This document shows positions 9,426 to 19,876 of a stretch of 56,242 bases of DNA, piece by piece. Position 1 is the first letter of the stretch, and the number at the start of each line of letters is the position of its first letter. The notes under the pieces were generated by a model. It made no database searches. It was not told where the DNA came from and worked only from the letters and a program-made list of their open reading frames with translations. This DNA is from Mycobacteriales bacterium (GTDB lineage Bacteria; Actinomycetota; Actinomycetes; Mycobacteriales; QHCD01): contig JBBSHJ010000006.1 of NCBI GenBank assembly GCA_038253135.1, positions 1-56,242 on the forward strand, read 5' to 3'. The translations under genes were made by a program, and so were the position numbers.

Positions 9426-10474
9426 TGGTCCCGCCCGGCGACGGATCCGGCACGACCGGCGGCCAAGACGCGACGCCGAGTGCGCGGTCCGGTGGATTTC
9501 CGGCTGTCCGGGGCCGGCGGTTGCGGACGACGCCCGCGCTGCGCAGGCTGGTCGGGTCCACCCGGATCAACGCGGCGGAGCTGGTGCTGCCGGTCTTCGT
9601 CAAGGAGGGCATCTCCGAGCCACAGCCGGTGGCCTCGATGCCGGGGGTCGTGCAACACACCGTGGAGTCGCTGCGCAAGGCGGCGGCCGACGCGGTGTCG
9701 GCCGGCATCGGCGGCCTGCTCCTCTTCGGCATACCGGCCGTCAAGGACGCCGTCGGGTCCGGTGCCGACGCGGCCGAGGGCATCGTGCAGCAGGCGTTGC
9801 GCGCGCTGCGCTCCGACGTCGGCGATGACACCGTGCTGATGGCCGATTTGTGCCTGTGCGAGTACACCGATCACGGTCATTGCGGTCCGCTGCGCGCCGA
9901 CGGCCGGGTGGACAACGATGCGGCGATCGCCCGCTACGCGCAGGTGGCCGTCGCGCAGGCGCGGGCCGGCGCGCACGTGGTGGCCCCGTCCGGGGCGCAG
10001 GACGGGCAGGTCGGGGCGATCCGAGCGGGCCTGGACGCCGCCGGCTTCGCCGAGCTGGCGATCGTGGCGTATTCGGCCAAGTACGCGTCGGCCTACTACG
10101 GACCGTTCCGGGAGGCCGCCGAGGGGGCGCCGCGATTCGGCGACCGATCGACCTACCAGCAGGATCCGGCCCGCCCCGTGGGGGAGGCGCTGCGGGAGGT
10201 CGCGCTCGACCTTGCCGAAGGCGCCGATGCGGTGATGGTCAAGCCGGCCGGACCGTACCTGGACGTCATCGCCCGGGTGCGCGATGCCGTCGACGTCCCC
10301 GTGGTGGCCTACCAGGTGTCCGGCGAGTTCGCGCTCATCGAGGCGGCGGCCGAGAAGGGCTGGATCGATCGCGGCCAGGCGATCCGGGAGAGCGTCATCG
10401 CGATCCGCCGCGCGGGCGCGGACGTCGTACTCACCTACTGGGCGGTCGAGCTCGCGCGTTCATCAGCCGGCTAG
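9425..10474 (+). CDS. hemB: Porphobilinogen synthase
   Basis: RGRRLRTTPALRRLV, DLCLCEYTDHGHCG, YSAKYASAYYGPFREA, VMVKPA, AYQVSGE. Confidence 0.97.
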   Translation: MVPPGDGSGTTGGQDATPSARSGGFPAVRGRRLRTTPALRRLVGSTRINAAELVLPVFVKEGISEPQPVASMPGVVQHTVESLRKAAADAVSAGIGGLLLFGIPAVKDAVGSGADAAEGIVQQALRALRSDVGDDTVLMADLCLCEYTDHGHCGPLRADGRVDNDAAIARYAQVAVAQARAGAHVVAPSGAQDGQVGAIRAGLDAAGFAELAIVAYSAKYASAYYGPFREAAEGAPRFGDRSTYQQDPARPVGEALREVALDLAEGADAVMVKPAGPYLDVIARVRDAVDVPVVAYQVSGEFALIEAAAEKGWIDRGQAIRESVIAIRRAGADVVLTYWAVELARSSAG

Positions 10475-10617
10475 AGAACGGCCGGGGAGCCGGTTCGTGA
10501 CGGCTCGATGCCACGGGTCGCGGAGGTCCGAAAGCGCTGGTGCCCGCCGAGCGCTCGAGCGCGGCTGGGAGAATCGGCCGCGATCCGCACCGCTCGCCGT
10601 CGAAGGGACGTCGTACC

Positions 10618-11958
10618 GTGGCCGCAGGCAGCACCCCGTCCGCCGATCCGCCGGTCTCCGCAGCGCTCTTCCGCCGGGCCAGCGCGGTCATCCCCGGCGG
10701 GGTCAACTCGCCGGTGCGGGCGTTTCGCGCGGTGGGCGGGGGGCCGCGGTTCATGGCCTCGGGGCGCGGTGCCGTGCTCACCGACGAGGACGGCAGGGAG
10801 TACGTCGACCTCGTCGGCTCGTGGGGCCCCGCGCTGGTGGGGCACGCCCACCCGGCCGTCGTCGAGGCGGTGCGGGAGGCGGCGACCCGCGGCCTGAGCT
10901 TCGGTACGCCGACGCGGGGCGAGGTGGATCTGGCCGAGGAGCTCGTCCGTCGGGTCGCCCCGGTCCAGCAGGTCCGGCTGGTCAACTCGGGGACCGAGGC
11001 GACGATGTCGGCGATCCGCCTGGCCCGCGGGGTGACGGGCCGGAGCAAGGTGGTGAAGTTCGCCGGCTGCTACCACGGCCACGTCGACGCGCTGCTGGCC
11101 GCGGCCGGCTCCGGGGTGGCGACCTTCGCGCTGCCGGACACTCCCGGCGTCACGGGGGCGCAGGCCGCCGACACGATCGTGCTGCCTTACAACGACGTGG
11201 CCGCGCTGGAGCACGTGTTCGCCTCGGCCGGGGATCAGATCGCCTGCGTGATCACCGAGGCCGCCGCCGCCAACATGGGCGTCGTACCGCCGCTATCGGG
11301 ATTCAACGCGGCCTTGCGGCAGATCACGGCCCGGCACGGCGCGCTGCTCGTCATGGACGAGGTGATGACCGGGTTCAGGGTGTCCGCGGCGGGGTGGTAC
11401 GGGCTGGATCCGGTCGATGCGGACCTCTTCACCTTCGGCAAGGTCATGTCCGGCGGGCTACCGGCGGCGGCCTTCGGCGGCCGGACCGACGTGATGGCCC
11501 AGCTCGCGCCGGCCGGACCGGTCTATCAGGCCGGCACACTGTCCGGGAACCCGATCGCGGTGGCCGCGGGTCTCGCGACGCTCCGAGTGGCCGACGCGTC
11601 GGTCTACGCCCACGTCGACAAGGTCAGCGCGCAGGTGTCCGGCCTGGTCTCGGACGCGCTGTCCGCGGCCGGCGTACCGCATCGGCTCCAGCACGCCGGC
11701 AGCCTCTTCTCGATCTTCTTCACGCGCGGCCGCGGAACGGATGCCGCGGTGACGTCGTACGACGGCGCCCGTCAGCAGGACACCGCGGCGTTTGCCGCGT
11801 TCTTCCATTCGATGCTCGATCAGGGGGTCTACCTGCCGCCGTCGGCGTTCGAGGCCTGGTTCGTCTCCGCGGCGCACGACGTGGCCGCGGTGGAACGGAT
11901 CGCCGAGGCCCTGCCGGCTGCGGCCACTGCCGCCGCGGCGGCGGGGTCGCAGGCGTGA
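10618..11958 (+). CDS. hemL: Glutamate-1-semialdehyde 2,1-aminomutase
   Basis: [55 protein letters not shown] start after GAAGGGA (start uncertain). Confidence 0.96.
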   Translation: MAAGSTPSADPPVSAALFRRASAVIPGGVNSPVRAFRAVGGGPRFMASGRGAVLTDEDGREYVDLVGSWGPALVGHAHPAVVEAVREAATRGLSFGTPTRGEVDLAEELVRRVAPVQQVRLVNSGTEATMSAIRLARGVTGRSKVVKFAGCYHGHVDALLAAAGSGVATFALPDTPGVTGAQAADTIVLPYNDVAALEHVFASAGDQIACVITEAAAANMGVVPPLSGFNAALRQITARHGALLVMDEVMTGFRVSAAGWYGLDPVDADLFTFGKVMSGGLPAAAFGGRTDVMAQLAPAGPVYQAGTLSGNPIAVAAGLATLRVADASVYAHVDKVSAQVSGLVSDALSAAGVPHRLQHAGSLFSIFFTRGRGTDAAVTSYDGARQQDTAAFAAFFHSMLDQGVYLPPSAFEAWFVSAAHDVAAVERIAEALPAAATAAAAAGSQA

Positions 11959-12671
11959 GCCGGACGGTCGTTCACCTCGTTCGGCATGGCGAGGTCGACA
12001 ACCCGCACCGGATCATCTATGGCCGGCTCCCCGACCACCACCTGTCCTCGCTCGGCCGGGCGATGGCGGTGCGTACGGCGGCCCACCTTGCCGGCCGGGA
12101 CGTGGTCGAGATCCGGAGCTCCCCGCTGGAGCGCGCGCAGGAGACGGCGGCGCCGATCGCGGCGGAGTTCGGCCTGCCGGTCGCGCAGGACGACCGCCTG
12201 ATCGAGCCGTGGAACGACTTCGAGGGCTCGCGCTTCGGTTTCGCCAAGGGCGAGGCGATGCGGCGGCCGCGCAACTGGCTGCGGGTGCGAAACCCCATCC
12301 GCCCGTCCTGGGGCGAGCCGTACACCGAGATCGCCAAGCGGATGCGGGCGGTGATCAACGATGCGCGGGCAGCGGCGGCCGGTCACGAGGCGATCTGCAT
12401 CAGCCACCAGCTCACCATCTGGACCGCGCGGATGTCGCTGCTCGGCAACCGGCTGTGGCACGATCCCCGGTCGCGGATCTGCGCGCTGGCGTCGGTGACC
12501 AGCTTGATCTACGACGGGACGGCGTTGACGCGGATCGAGTACGCCGACCCGGCCGCGGGCATGACGGAGACCGTCGATCCGGCCGGTGGTGCGGGCGTGC
12601 GGCCGGGTGGGGAGCCCGAATCGGCCGCCGACGGTACGGCCCGATCGCCGCAGGACGTCCCGGGCGCGTAA
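11955..12671 (+). CDS. Histidine phosphatase (phosphoglycerate mutase family)
   Basis: [27 protein letters not shown]; conserved position after hemL with GTGA overlap. Confidence 0.92.
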   Translation: MSRTVVHLVRHGEVDNPHRIIYGRLPDHHLSSLGRAMAVRTAAHLAGRDVVEIRSSPLERAQETAAPIAAEFGLPVAQDDRLIEPWNDFEGSRFGFAKGEAMRRPRNWLRVRNPIRPSWGEPYTEIAKRMRAVINDARAAAAGHEAICISHQLTIWTARMSLLGNRLWHDPRSRICALASVTSLIYDGTALTRIEYADPAAGMTETVDPAGGAGVRPGGEPESAADGTARSPQDVPGA

Positions 12672-12828
12672 CCAGGCCGACCCCGGCGGAAGTGGTCGAG
12701 AGCGAAGGGCCACACTGGATGCGCGGATCCGCCGGGTCGCAACCTTCGGTGCCGGCGCTGCGCGGATCGGCGGCAGCCGGTGCGGACACGTCGGCGGGCC
12801 GGCTCGAGACACCGATCGAAAGGCCGCA

Positions 12829-13455
12829 ATGCCACCCGCGCCACCCGCACACTCCCGCCGCGGCGCCCTCGCTCTGGGGCTCGCCGCGGTCGCCGGCGCG
12901 ACGGGTCTGGGCGCCGCGCTGGCCGGCTGCAGCTCCGGGAACGACGCGGTCGACCAGAGTGCGCGGGGCGAGTTCCGGTTCGTCTCCGCGCAGCGCCACG
13001 GCGAGCTCATCGACGCCGCCAAGCGCAGGACCGCACCGAAGATCTCCGGTCCCGACCTCGACGGTGGCAAGACGATCACGCTCGCGGCGTACCGCGGCAA
13101 GGTCCTCCTGCTGAACTGGTGGGCGAGCTGGTGCGGCCCGTGTCGGGCCGAGGCGCCCGACATCGAGGCCTACTACCAGCAGCACCGGGCGTCGGGTTTC
13201 ACGGTCCTCGGCGTCAACACCAAGGACGATCCCGGCACCGCGCGCAGCTACGTCGACGTGCACAAGCTGACCTATCCGAGCATCGAGGACGAGCCCGGCC
13301 GCGTCGCGATGGCGTTCCGGGGATTGGCGGTCGCGCAACTGCCGTGGTCGATGCTGATCGACAAGCAGGGACGCGTCGCGGGCGTCTACACCGGCGGGCT
13401 CGTCGTCAGCGAGGACATCGCGCCCGCCGTGACCAAACTGCTGCGGGAGACCTGA
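12829..13455 (+). CDS. resA: TlpA/ResA family thiol-disulfide oxidoreductase lipoprotein
   Basis: RR-containing signal, LAGC lipobox, LNWWASWCGPCRAEAP; precedes ccdA. Confidence 0.9.
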   Translation: MPPAPPAHSRRGALALGLAAVAGATGLGAALAGCSSGNDAVDQSARGEFRFVSAQRHGELIDAAKRRTAPKISGPDLDGGKTITLAAYRGKVLLLNWWASWCGPCRAEAPDIEAYYQQHRASGFTVLGVNTKDDPGTARSYVDVHKLTYPSIEDEPGRVAMAFRGLAVAQLPWSMLIDKQGRVAGVYTGGLVVSEDIAPAVTKLLRET

Positions 13456-13458
13456 GCC

Positions 13459-14343
13459 GTGGTCCTCGCCTCGGGCCCTATCGCGTCGGATATCGGGCAG
13501 AGCTTCGCCAACACCGTGTACGACGGGCCGTTCGTCGTCGCCGCCGGGGTGGCCGCCCTCGCCGGGCTCATCTCCTTCCTCTCGCCGTGCGTGCTCCCGC
13601 TCGTCCCCGGCTACCTCTCCTACGTCACCGGCCTCACCGCCGGCGCGCAGACCGCGACCGCCGAGCCGGCCGAGACCTCGGCCGTCGCGATGGCGGGCTC
13701 CGCCGGCGTCGCGGTCGCCACCCGGCCCGTCATACGCCGCCCGGCCGGCAGCCGAAGCCGGTGGGTTACCTTCGCCGGAGCCACGCTCTTCGTCCTCGGC
13801 TTCACCGCCGTCTTCGTCGCGTACGGCGCCCTGTTCGGCGGCCTCGGCCGGGCGCTCGTGCAGCACCAGACGCTCTTGCAGCGGGTGCTCGGCTCGGTGA
13901 CGATCGTGCTCGGGCTCGCCTTCATGGGAGTGATTCCCGGCCTGCAGCGCGAGTTCCGGCTGCACAAGGTGCCGCGCGCGGGGCTGCTCGGCGCGCCCAT
14001 CCTGGGCGTGCTCTTCGGCCTGGGCTGGACGCCGTGCATCGGGCCGACTCTGGGCGCCGTACAGACACTCGCGCTGACCGAGGGCAGCGCCGGCCGCGGA
14101 GCGGCGCTGTCCGCGGCGTACTGCATCGGGCTCGGCCTGCCCTTCATCCTCGCCGCGTTCGGGTTCCGCTGGCTGGCCGGAACGTTCGCCTTCGTACGCC
14201 GCAACTCGCTCTGGGTGATGCGGATCGGCGGGGCCCTCCTCGTGGCCATCGGGATCCTCGTCGTCGGTGGATGGTGGAACGACTTCCTCATCCACGTGCA
14301 GTCCTTCACGGCCGACCACGGCGGCCTCGGGACATCGGTATGA
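13459..14343 (+). CDS. ccdA: Cytochrome c biogenesis protein CcdA
   Basis: AGLISFLSPCVLPLVPGYL, GWTPCIGPTL. Confidence 0.95.
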   Translation: MVLASGPIASDIGQSFANTVYDGPFVVAAGVAALAGLISFLSPCVLPLVPGYLSYVTGLTAGAQTATAEPAETSAVAMAGSAGVAVATRPVIRRPAGSRSRWVTFAGATLFVLGFTAVFVAYGALFGGLGRALVQHQTLLQRVLGSVTIVLGLAFMGVIPGLQREFRLHKVPRAGLLGAPILGVLFGLGWTPCIGPTLGAVQTLALTEGSAGRGAALSAAYCIGLGLPFILAAFGFRWLAGTFAFVRRNSLWVMRIGGALLVAIGILVVGGWWNDFLIHVQSFTADHGGLGTSV

Positions 14344-14366
14344 GTGAACCGGAACCCGCGACATGA
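14340..14366 (+). other. 8-aa coupled mini-ORF bridging ccdA and resB
   Basis: ATG AGT GAA CCG GAA CCC GCG ACA TGA (MSEPEPAT*); ATGA overlaps at both ends. Confidence 0.65.
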
Positions 14367-16105
14367 CCGCGCCCCCGGAGGAGACGGTCACTGCCGAGAC
14401 CACCCCGGCGGCCCTGTCCACCCAGCCCGCGCCGGCGCCGCCGGGCCCCGCCGGGCGCTCGCTGTGGGGACGCGCGCGTCAGCTGTGGCGCCGGCTGACC
14501 AGCATGCGCACGGCACTGGTGCTGCTGTTCCTGCTCGCCCTGGCCGCCGTACCCGGCTCGCTGCTGCCGCAACGCCCGCTGAATCCCACCAAGGTCGACC
14601 AGTATCTCGCCCAGCACCGCACGATCGGCCCATGGCTGGATCGCGCCCGGGCCTTCGACGTCTTCGCCTCGCCGTGGTTCGCCGCGATCTACCTGCTGCT
14701 GTTCATCTCCCTGGTCGGCTGCCTCGGGCCACGGATCCGGATCCACGTCCGGGCCCTGCGCCAGCCGCCGCCGCGCGCGCCGAGGCACCTGTCGCGGCTG
14801 CCCGAGTCGACGTCGTACGCCGGCCCCGACGACCCCACCGTCGCCGCGGCGCGGGCCGCCGCCGGGTTGCGGAAGGGACGGTGGCGGGTCCGGGTCCGGG
14901 TCGGGGACGAGGCCGGCGGCGTCGTCACGGTGTCGGCCGAGAAGGGCTACCTGCGCGAGACCGGCAACCTGATCTTCCACATCGCGGTGACCCTCCTGCT
15001 GGTCGTGGTCGCCATCGGCAAGCTGTGGAGCTACTCCGGCACGATCCTCGTCCAGGCCGGCGGGGGCCAGAGCTCGAGCTTCTGCAACGTGGTGCAGCAG
15101 TACGACTCGTTCCGGCCCGGCCCGATGGTCAACGGATCCGACCTGGCGCCGTTCTGCACGACGCTCGAGTCGTTCACGGCGACGTACGACTCGGACGGCA
15201 CCGCGCGGCAGTTCACCGGCCAGATCACCTACACCGACGGCATTTCCGGTCCGACGCACTCCGACGCGCTGCGGGTCAACCATCCGCTTCGGCTCGAAGG
15301 CCTGCGGCTCTACCTGCTCGGCCACGGCTACAGCCCGATCTTCACGGTGCGCGACCCGAGCGGACGCACCTTCACCCAGGCCGTCCCGTTCCTGCCGCAG
15401 GACGGCAACTTCACCTCGCAGGGCGCGGCGAAATTCGCCGACGCGCGGCCGCGGGAGGTCGGCATCGACGGTGTCTTCGCGCCGACCGCCACCTTCCCCA
15501 ACGGGATCCTCACCTCGACCTGGCCGGCGGCCGACTCGCCGGCCGTCGCGATCTTCGTCTACGAGGGCAGCCTCGGCCTCGATTCCGGAGCGCCGCAGTC
15601 GGTCTACTCGCTCGACCAGCAGCAGATCGCCTCGGGGGCGCTGAAGAAGGTGGCGAGCGTCAACCTGCAGCCGGGTGGGTCGGTGCGGCTCAAGGACGGT
15701 ACGACGGTCCGCTTCGACGGCGTCAAGCAGTGGGCCAACCTGCAGATCGCGCACGATCCGACCCAGGGTTACCTGCTGCCGGTCGCCGGCCTGCTCGTGC
15801 TCGGCCTGCTGCTGTCGATCCGGATCCGTCGCCGCCGGATCTGGCTGCGGTGCACCCCCATGGCGGGCCTGACATCACCTGCCGAAACACCGGGCACCCC
15901 CGGGGCCAGGACCGGCGGCGAACGCCGTACGGTATCCGAAGACCATCCGCGTGAGGAAGGGCCCGGTCCGGCGCGCCGCACAACGGCGGTCGAGGCCGGC
16001 GGGCTGGCCCGCACCGACGCCGGCGTCTTCGGCGAGGAGTTCGAGCGCGTCGTCGCGGGACTGCGCGGTACGCCGGCAACGGCGGCCGAACGGGAGGCGG
16101 AGTAG
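14363..16105 (+). CDS. resB: Cytochrome c biogenesis protein ResB/Ccs1
   Basis: WRRLTSMRTALVLLFLLALAAVPGSLLPQ, AEKGYLRETGNLIFH, LRVNHPL. Confidence 0.95.
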   Translation: MTAPPEETVTAETTPAALSTQPAPAPPGPAGRSLWGRARQLWRRLTSMRTALVLLFLLALAAVPGSLLPQRPLNPTKVDQYLAQHRTIGPWLDRARAFDVFASPWFAAIYLLLFISLVGCLGPRIRIHVRALRQPPPRAPRHLSRLPESTSYAGPDDPTVAAARAAAGLRKGRWRVRVRVGDEAGGVVTVSAEKGYLRETGNLIFHIAVTLLLVVVAIGKLWSYSGTILVQAGGGQSSSFCNVVQQYDSFRPGPMVNGSDLAPFCTTLESFTATYDSDGTARQFTGQITYTDGISGPTHSDALRVNHPLRLEGLRLYLLGHGYSPIFTVRDPSGRTFTQAVPFLPQDGNFTSQGAAKFADARPREVGIDGVFAPTATFPNGILTSTWPAADSPAVAIFVYEGSLGLDSGAPQSVYSLDQQQIASGALKKVASVNLQPGGSVRLKDGTTVRFDGVKQWANLQIAHDPTQGYLLPVAGLLVLGLLLSIRIRRRRIWLRCTPMAGLTSPAETPGTPGARTGGERRTVSEDHPREEGPGPARRTTAVEAGGLARTDAGVFGEEFERVVAGLRGTPATAAEREAE

Positions 16106-16108
16106 GCA

Positions 16109-16171
16109 ATGACGGTGGAGATCGAGGAGCGTGCGACGAGGCGCGCAGCGCGTGAGGAGATCGCGTCATGA
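16109..16171 (+). repeat. Junction repeat copy (resB-ccsB) encoding a 20-aa mini-ORF
   Basis: MTVEIEERATRRAAREEIAS*; starts after a 3-nt gap following the resB stop, and its stop overlaps the ccsB ATG; shares GAGGCGCGCAGCG..TGAGGAGATCGCG. Confidence 0.8.
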
Positions 16172-17247
16172 GCACGTCCGATCTGGCGCACCTGTCCGAC
16201 TCGCTGTTCACGTTAGCGATCGCCGTTTACAGCGTCGCGCTGGTCAGCTTCTGCGGGGAGTACGCCTTCGGCCGCAAGGGGCGGGTCGGGCAGACGGTGA
16301 GCGCGCGATCCTCCGCCACCACGACCCCCGCCGTCGAGCGGGCGATGGCCGAGGTCGGCGCGCCCCGGGGGGGTTCGACGTCGACCGGCACCCGCGCCGA
16401 CGACGCCGAACCGCGCGAACCCCGCTCTGCCGACCCCTCCGCCGAGCATGCCCGGCGTACCAATGGCGCTCTCGCAAGCACGTTCGGGCGGGCCGGGATC
16501 ACCATCTGCATCCTGGGTGCGCTGCTGCACGCCGTGTCGATCTCGTTGCGCGGCGCGGCGGTCGATCGGGTGCCGTGGGGCAACATGTACGAGTTCGCCT
16601 CGGTCGTGGGCCTGGTCGGCGTGCTCTCCTTCCTGGCCGTGCTCATCCGCCAGCCTCGGCTGCGCTACCTCGGCGTCTTCGTGCTGTTCCCCGTGCTGGT
16701 CGTCATGTTCCTGGCCGGCACGGTGCTGTACGCGCGGGCGAACCAGCTCGTCCCCGCGCTGCACTCGTACTGGCTGGCAATCCACGTCAGCGCCGCGGCC
16801 ACGGGCACCGGCATCCTCATGGTCAGTGCCGTGGCGACCGGCCTCTACCTGATCAGGACGCGGTTCGACCGGCTGCAGGCCGCCGGCCGGCAGGACATCC
16901 CCTTCCCCGTCTCGCTCGGGCGCCGCCTGCCGCTGCCCGACAGCCTGGATCGGATGGCCTACCGCACGGCCGCTTTCGCGTTCCCTATCTACACCTTCGG
17001 CATCATCTGCGGCGCGATCTGGGCGGAGGCGGCGTGGGGGCGCTACTGGGGCTGGGACCCGAAGGAGACCTGGGCGTTCATCTCATGGGTCGTCTACGCG
17101 GCGTACCTGCACGCGCGCGCGACCGCCGGGTGGCGGGGCAAGAAAGCCGCCTGGATCAATGTCTTCGGCTTCGCGAGCATGATCTTCAACTTCTTTGTCG
17201 TGAATATCGTGGTCTCCGGCCTGCATTCCTACGCCGGCCTGAACTAG
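16168..17247 (+). CDS. ccsB: Cytochrome c biogenesis heme synthase subunit (CcsA/ResC type, WWD domain)
   Basis: RVPWGNMYEF, ALHSYWLAIHV, GAIWAEAAWGRYWGWDPKETW, GLHSYAG. Confidence 0.96.
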   Translation: MSTSDLAHLSDSLFTLAIAVYSVALVSFCGEYAFGRKGRVGQTVSARSSATTTPAVERAMAEVGAPRGGSTSTGTRADDAEPREPRSADPSAEHARRTNGALASTFGRAGITICILGALLHAVSISLRGAAVDRVPWGNMYEFASVVGLVGVLSFLAVLIRQPRLRYLGVFVLFPVLVVMFLAGTVLYARANQLVPALHSYWLAIHVSAAATGTGILMVSAVATGLYLIRTRFDRLQAAGRQDIPFPVSLGRRLPLPDSLDRMAYRTAAFAFPIYTFGIICGAIWAEAAWGRYWGWDPKETWAFISWVVYAAYLHARATAGWRGKKAAWINVFGFASMIFNFFVVNIVVSGLHSYAGLN

Positions 17248-17387
17248 CCGCCGGAACCCGCCGGCCCGCAGGTGCGTCTCGTGTCCGGTTCAGGGATGAT
17301 CGTCCCGACGGACTGACCGACCGGATGCACCCAGTGCACTGCACTGACGGGCTTGGTACGCCGCGAGCGCGGCGGTGAGGGGCGGCG

Positions 17388-19307
17388 ATGAGTGTTTTCC
17401 GCCATAACGACGATGGCGACGATCGGGACGAGGAGACGCGGGCCCGCTGGTCCGCCGCCCGCGAGGCACTCGGTGCGCAACGACACGGCGGCTACGCGCC
17501 GGACCCCTCCGATCCCGACGATCCGGACCCGGCGACCCCAGGCCACGAAGGTGTCAGTGAGCGGCGGGCGGCGCAGCCGGAACAGCCTCCCGAGACACCA
17601 CCGACCGCGACCGAGCCCGAGGCGGTGCCCGAGCCTGAACCAGCTCCCGAGCCCGAACCGGCGCCTGCACCGAACCCGGCTCCCGAGCCTGAACCGAGCC
17701 CGGTTCCCGAATCCGCACCGCCGCGGGCACCCGCGACGTCACCATCGGCGACGGTCGTCAGCGCCGGGCCGACCGAGACCGAGCCGCAGCCGGAAGCCCC
17801 GCCCGCAACGGAAACCGGGCTCGAACCGCGACAGCGGACCGAACCCGACTGGTGGGCAGGATCGGCGGCACGAACAGAAGTTCCGCAGGAGACGCCGGCC
17901 TTCGTCTGGAACGGACCCGAAGGGGTGCCGGACGCCCCGCAGTTCGTGCCGCAATGGGAGCGTCCCGGCCAGTCGGCCGCGACCGCACCGGGCTCGGCCC
18001 CCGCCGAGCCGCCGGCCGGTCCTGCCCCGGCCGGCAATGCGCCGGTCGACGAACCGCGATCGGGCATGCCATCGGTCGACGGCCTGCGCGCCGACGATCT
18101 GCTGCGCCAGCGGCGTACCGGACCGGACGGTGGCTGGCGCCGGGCGGTCTACACGCTGTCCGGGCACACGGTCCGTCCCGGCCAGTCCCGAACCCAGGAG
18201 CGCCGGCAGGCTCTCGTCGCGCGGGCGTCGGCCCCCGTGCCCGGCTGCTACCGGATCGCGGTGATCAGCCTCAAGGGCGGTGTCGGCAAGACCACGATGA
18301 CCGCCTGCCTGGGGGCGACGCTCGCGTCGCTGCGCGGCGACCGCGTCATCGCCGTCGACGCCAACCCCGACCGCGGCACGCTGTCCGGCAAGATCTCGCT
18401 GCAGACGACGGCGACCGTCCGCAACCTGCTCGACGATCTCGGCCGCATCGGCCGCTATGCCGACGTACGCCGCTACACGTCGCAGTCCGCGGACCGGCTG
18501 GAGGTGCTGGCCTCGGAGAGCGACCCTTCGGTGTCCCAGGCCTTCAGCGAGCGCGACTACCGGACGGTTGCGAGCGTTCTGGAGCGCTTCTACAACGTGG
18601 TCATCACCGACTGCGGTACCGGGCTGCTGCACTCGGCCATGTCCGGGGTCCTTGCCCTCGCCGACCAGCTGGTCGTGGTCAGCTCGGGATCGGTTGACGG
18701 CGCGCGGTCGGCCAGCGCGACGATAGACTGGCTGCAGGCGCACGGTTACCAGCGCCTGGTCGAGGGGTCGGTGGCGGTGATCAACTCGGCCCGGTCCCGG
18801 TCCGGGGGAGTGGATCTCGATCGGCTCCAGGAACACTTCGCGGCCCGCTGCCGTGCGGTGACCCTCGTTCCCTACGACCCGCACCTCGAGGAGGGGGCGG
18901 AGATCGACCTGGCGGCGGTCAGCGGCGGCACCCGCGCAGCGCTGCTCGAGCTGGCGGCGGCGGTGGGGGACGGCTTCGCGCAGCGGTACGACGGCCTCAG
19001 CGGTCCCGTCCGGCAGCCGGCGGCCGGCGGCTTGCCCGGTCAGGGGACGCCGTACCCGCCTGGCCAGGTCCCGCCAGGCGGGCAGCCGGGACCTGGCCAA
19101 CCGAATTACGGCCAACCCGGCTACGGCCAACCGCCATACGGCCAACCGCCATACGGCCAGCCTGCTCCCGTGCAGCCCGGGTACGGACCACCACAGGGTC
19201 AGCCCGGTCAACCGCCGCCGGGATATCGGCCGGCGATCCACGGCCGCACGGCGTACGGGCAGCCACGCCAGGAGCTACCTCGCAACCGGCGCAGTCGCAG
19301 CGGCTGA
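17388..19307 (+). CDS. MinD/ParA-like ATPase with Pro-rich N- and C-terminal low-complexity tails
   Basis: IAVISLKGGVGKTT, DANPDRGTL, ITDCGTGLLHSAM, PYDPHLEEG; follows ccsB as Rv0530-type genes do. Confidence 0.9.
   Translation: MSVFRHNDDGDDRDEETRARWSAAREALGAQRHGGYAPDPSDPDDPDPATPGHEGVSERRAAQPEQPPETPPTATEPEAVPEPEPAPEPEPAPAPNPAPEPEPSPVPESAPPRAPATSPSATVVSAGPTETEPQPEAPPATETGLEPRQRTEPDWWAGSAARTEVPQETPAFVWNGPEGVPDAPQFVPQWERPGQSAATAPGSAPAEPPAGPAPAGNAPVDEPRSGMPSVDGLRADDLLRQRRTGPDGGWRRAVYTLSGHTVRPGQSRTQERRQALVARASAPVPGCYRIAVISLKGGVGKTTMTACLGATLASLRGDRVIAVDANPDRGTLSGKISLQTTATVRNLLDDLGRIGRYADVRRYTSQSADRLEVLASESDPSVSQAFSERDYRTVASVLERFYNVVITDCGTGLLHSAMSGVLALADQLVVVSSGSVDGARSASATIDWLQAHGYQRLVEGSVAVINSARSRSGGVDLDRLQEHFAARCRAVTLVPYDPHLEEGAEIDLAAVSGGTRAALLELAAAVGDGFAQRYDGLSGPVRQPAAGGLPGQGTPYPPGQVPPGGQPGPGQPNYGQPGYGQPPYGQPPYGQPAPVQPGYGPPQGQPGQPPPGYRPAIHGRTAYGQPRQELPRNRRSRSG
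19095..19163 (+). repeat. 15-bp in-frame tandem repeat (GQPxY)
   Basis: GGCCAACCGCCATAC-like unit, about 4.5 copies. Confidence 0.85.
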
Positions 19308-19328
19308 CGGTGCGCTGGCGCGCGTCGG

Positions 19329-19637
19329 TCAGGCGTTCGGGTCGTCGCGATGCGCCCGCCGGGACAGCTCGTCGAGGAAGTCCTGGTCGTCGTCCGGCGC
19401 GACCGGACGCCGGGACGACTTGGGCCAGCTCGCCGGCACCGAGAGGTCCTTGCTGCGCCGCAGCGCGCGCACGTTGGTCCAGGTTGCGGCGCGGCCGGGC
19501 TTGTGACGCGCGGCTACCCGTGTGTGTGCCCGCGAGGCGTGCGGCAGGTGCAACCGTTGCTCCCGGACGAGCGACCACAGCACGGCGAGCAGCGCTATCG
19601 CAAACGCGACACCGAGGATGAACAACACTCTCGCCAC
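19329..19637 (-). CDS. Small membrane protein with C-terminal APDDDxxFL motif
   Basis: One N-terminal hydrophobic helix and RRPVAPDDDQDFLDEL, a motif I recall from actinobacterial PLDc_N-associated proteins; SD GAAGGGA. Confidence 0.7.
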   Translation of the reverse strand: MARVLFILGVAFAIALLAVLWSLVREQRLHLPHASRAHTRVAARHKPGRAATWTNVRALRRSKDLSVPASWPKSSRRPVAPDDDQDFLDELSRRAHRDDPNA

Positions 19638-19876
19638 TCCCTTCCGGCTCCGCCCGTTGCGAACCCCGACCCGGGAGCCGGCGCCCTGCGGTTGCGCAGA
19701 TTGGCCGGGCCGTGCGTCCGCGACTACATGCGCTGCCGTGTCCTTGCCAGACTATCGCCAGGTGCTCGTCATCCTGCCCTTGAACGGCACGGTTAAGCCA
19801 GCCCTAGCGGGCGACTGTGGCCGAATAGCGACCCGGACGGGCCTGATGTGCGGATGGCGCGGCGTGGCCAGCCCGC

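Noticed and set aside
10475-10617. Bridge ORF between hemB and hemL
   Set aside because: No start overlapping the hemB TAG, no stop overlapping the hemL start, and no repeat modules.
12672-12828. Bridge ORF between the phosphatase gene and resA
   Set aside because: The GTAA junction gives no standard start, no stop overlaps the resA ATG, and there is no similarity to the repeat family.
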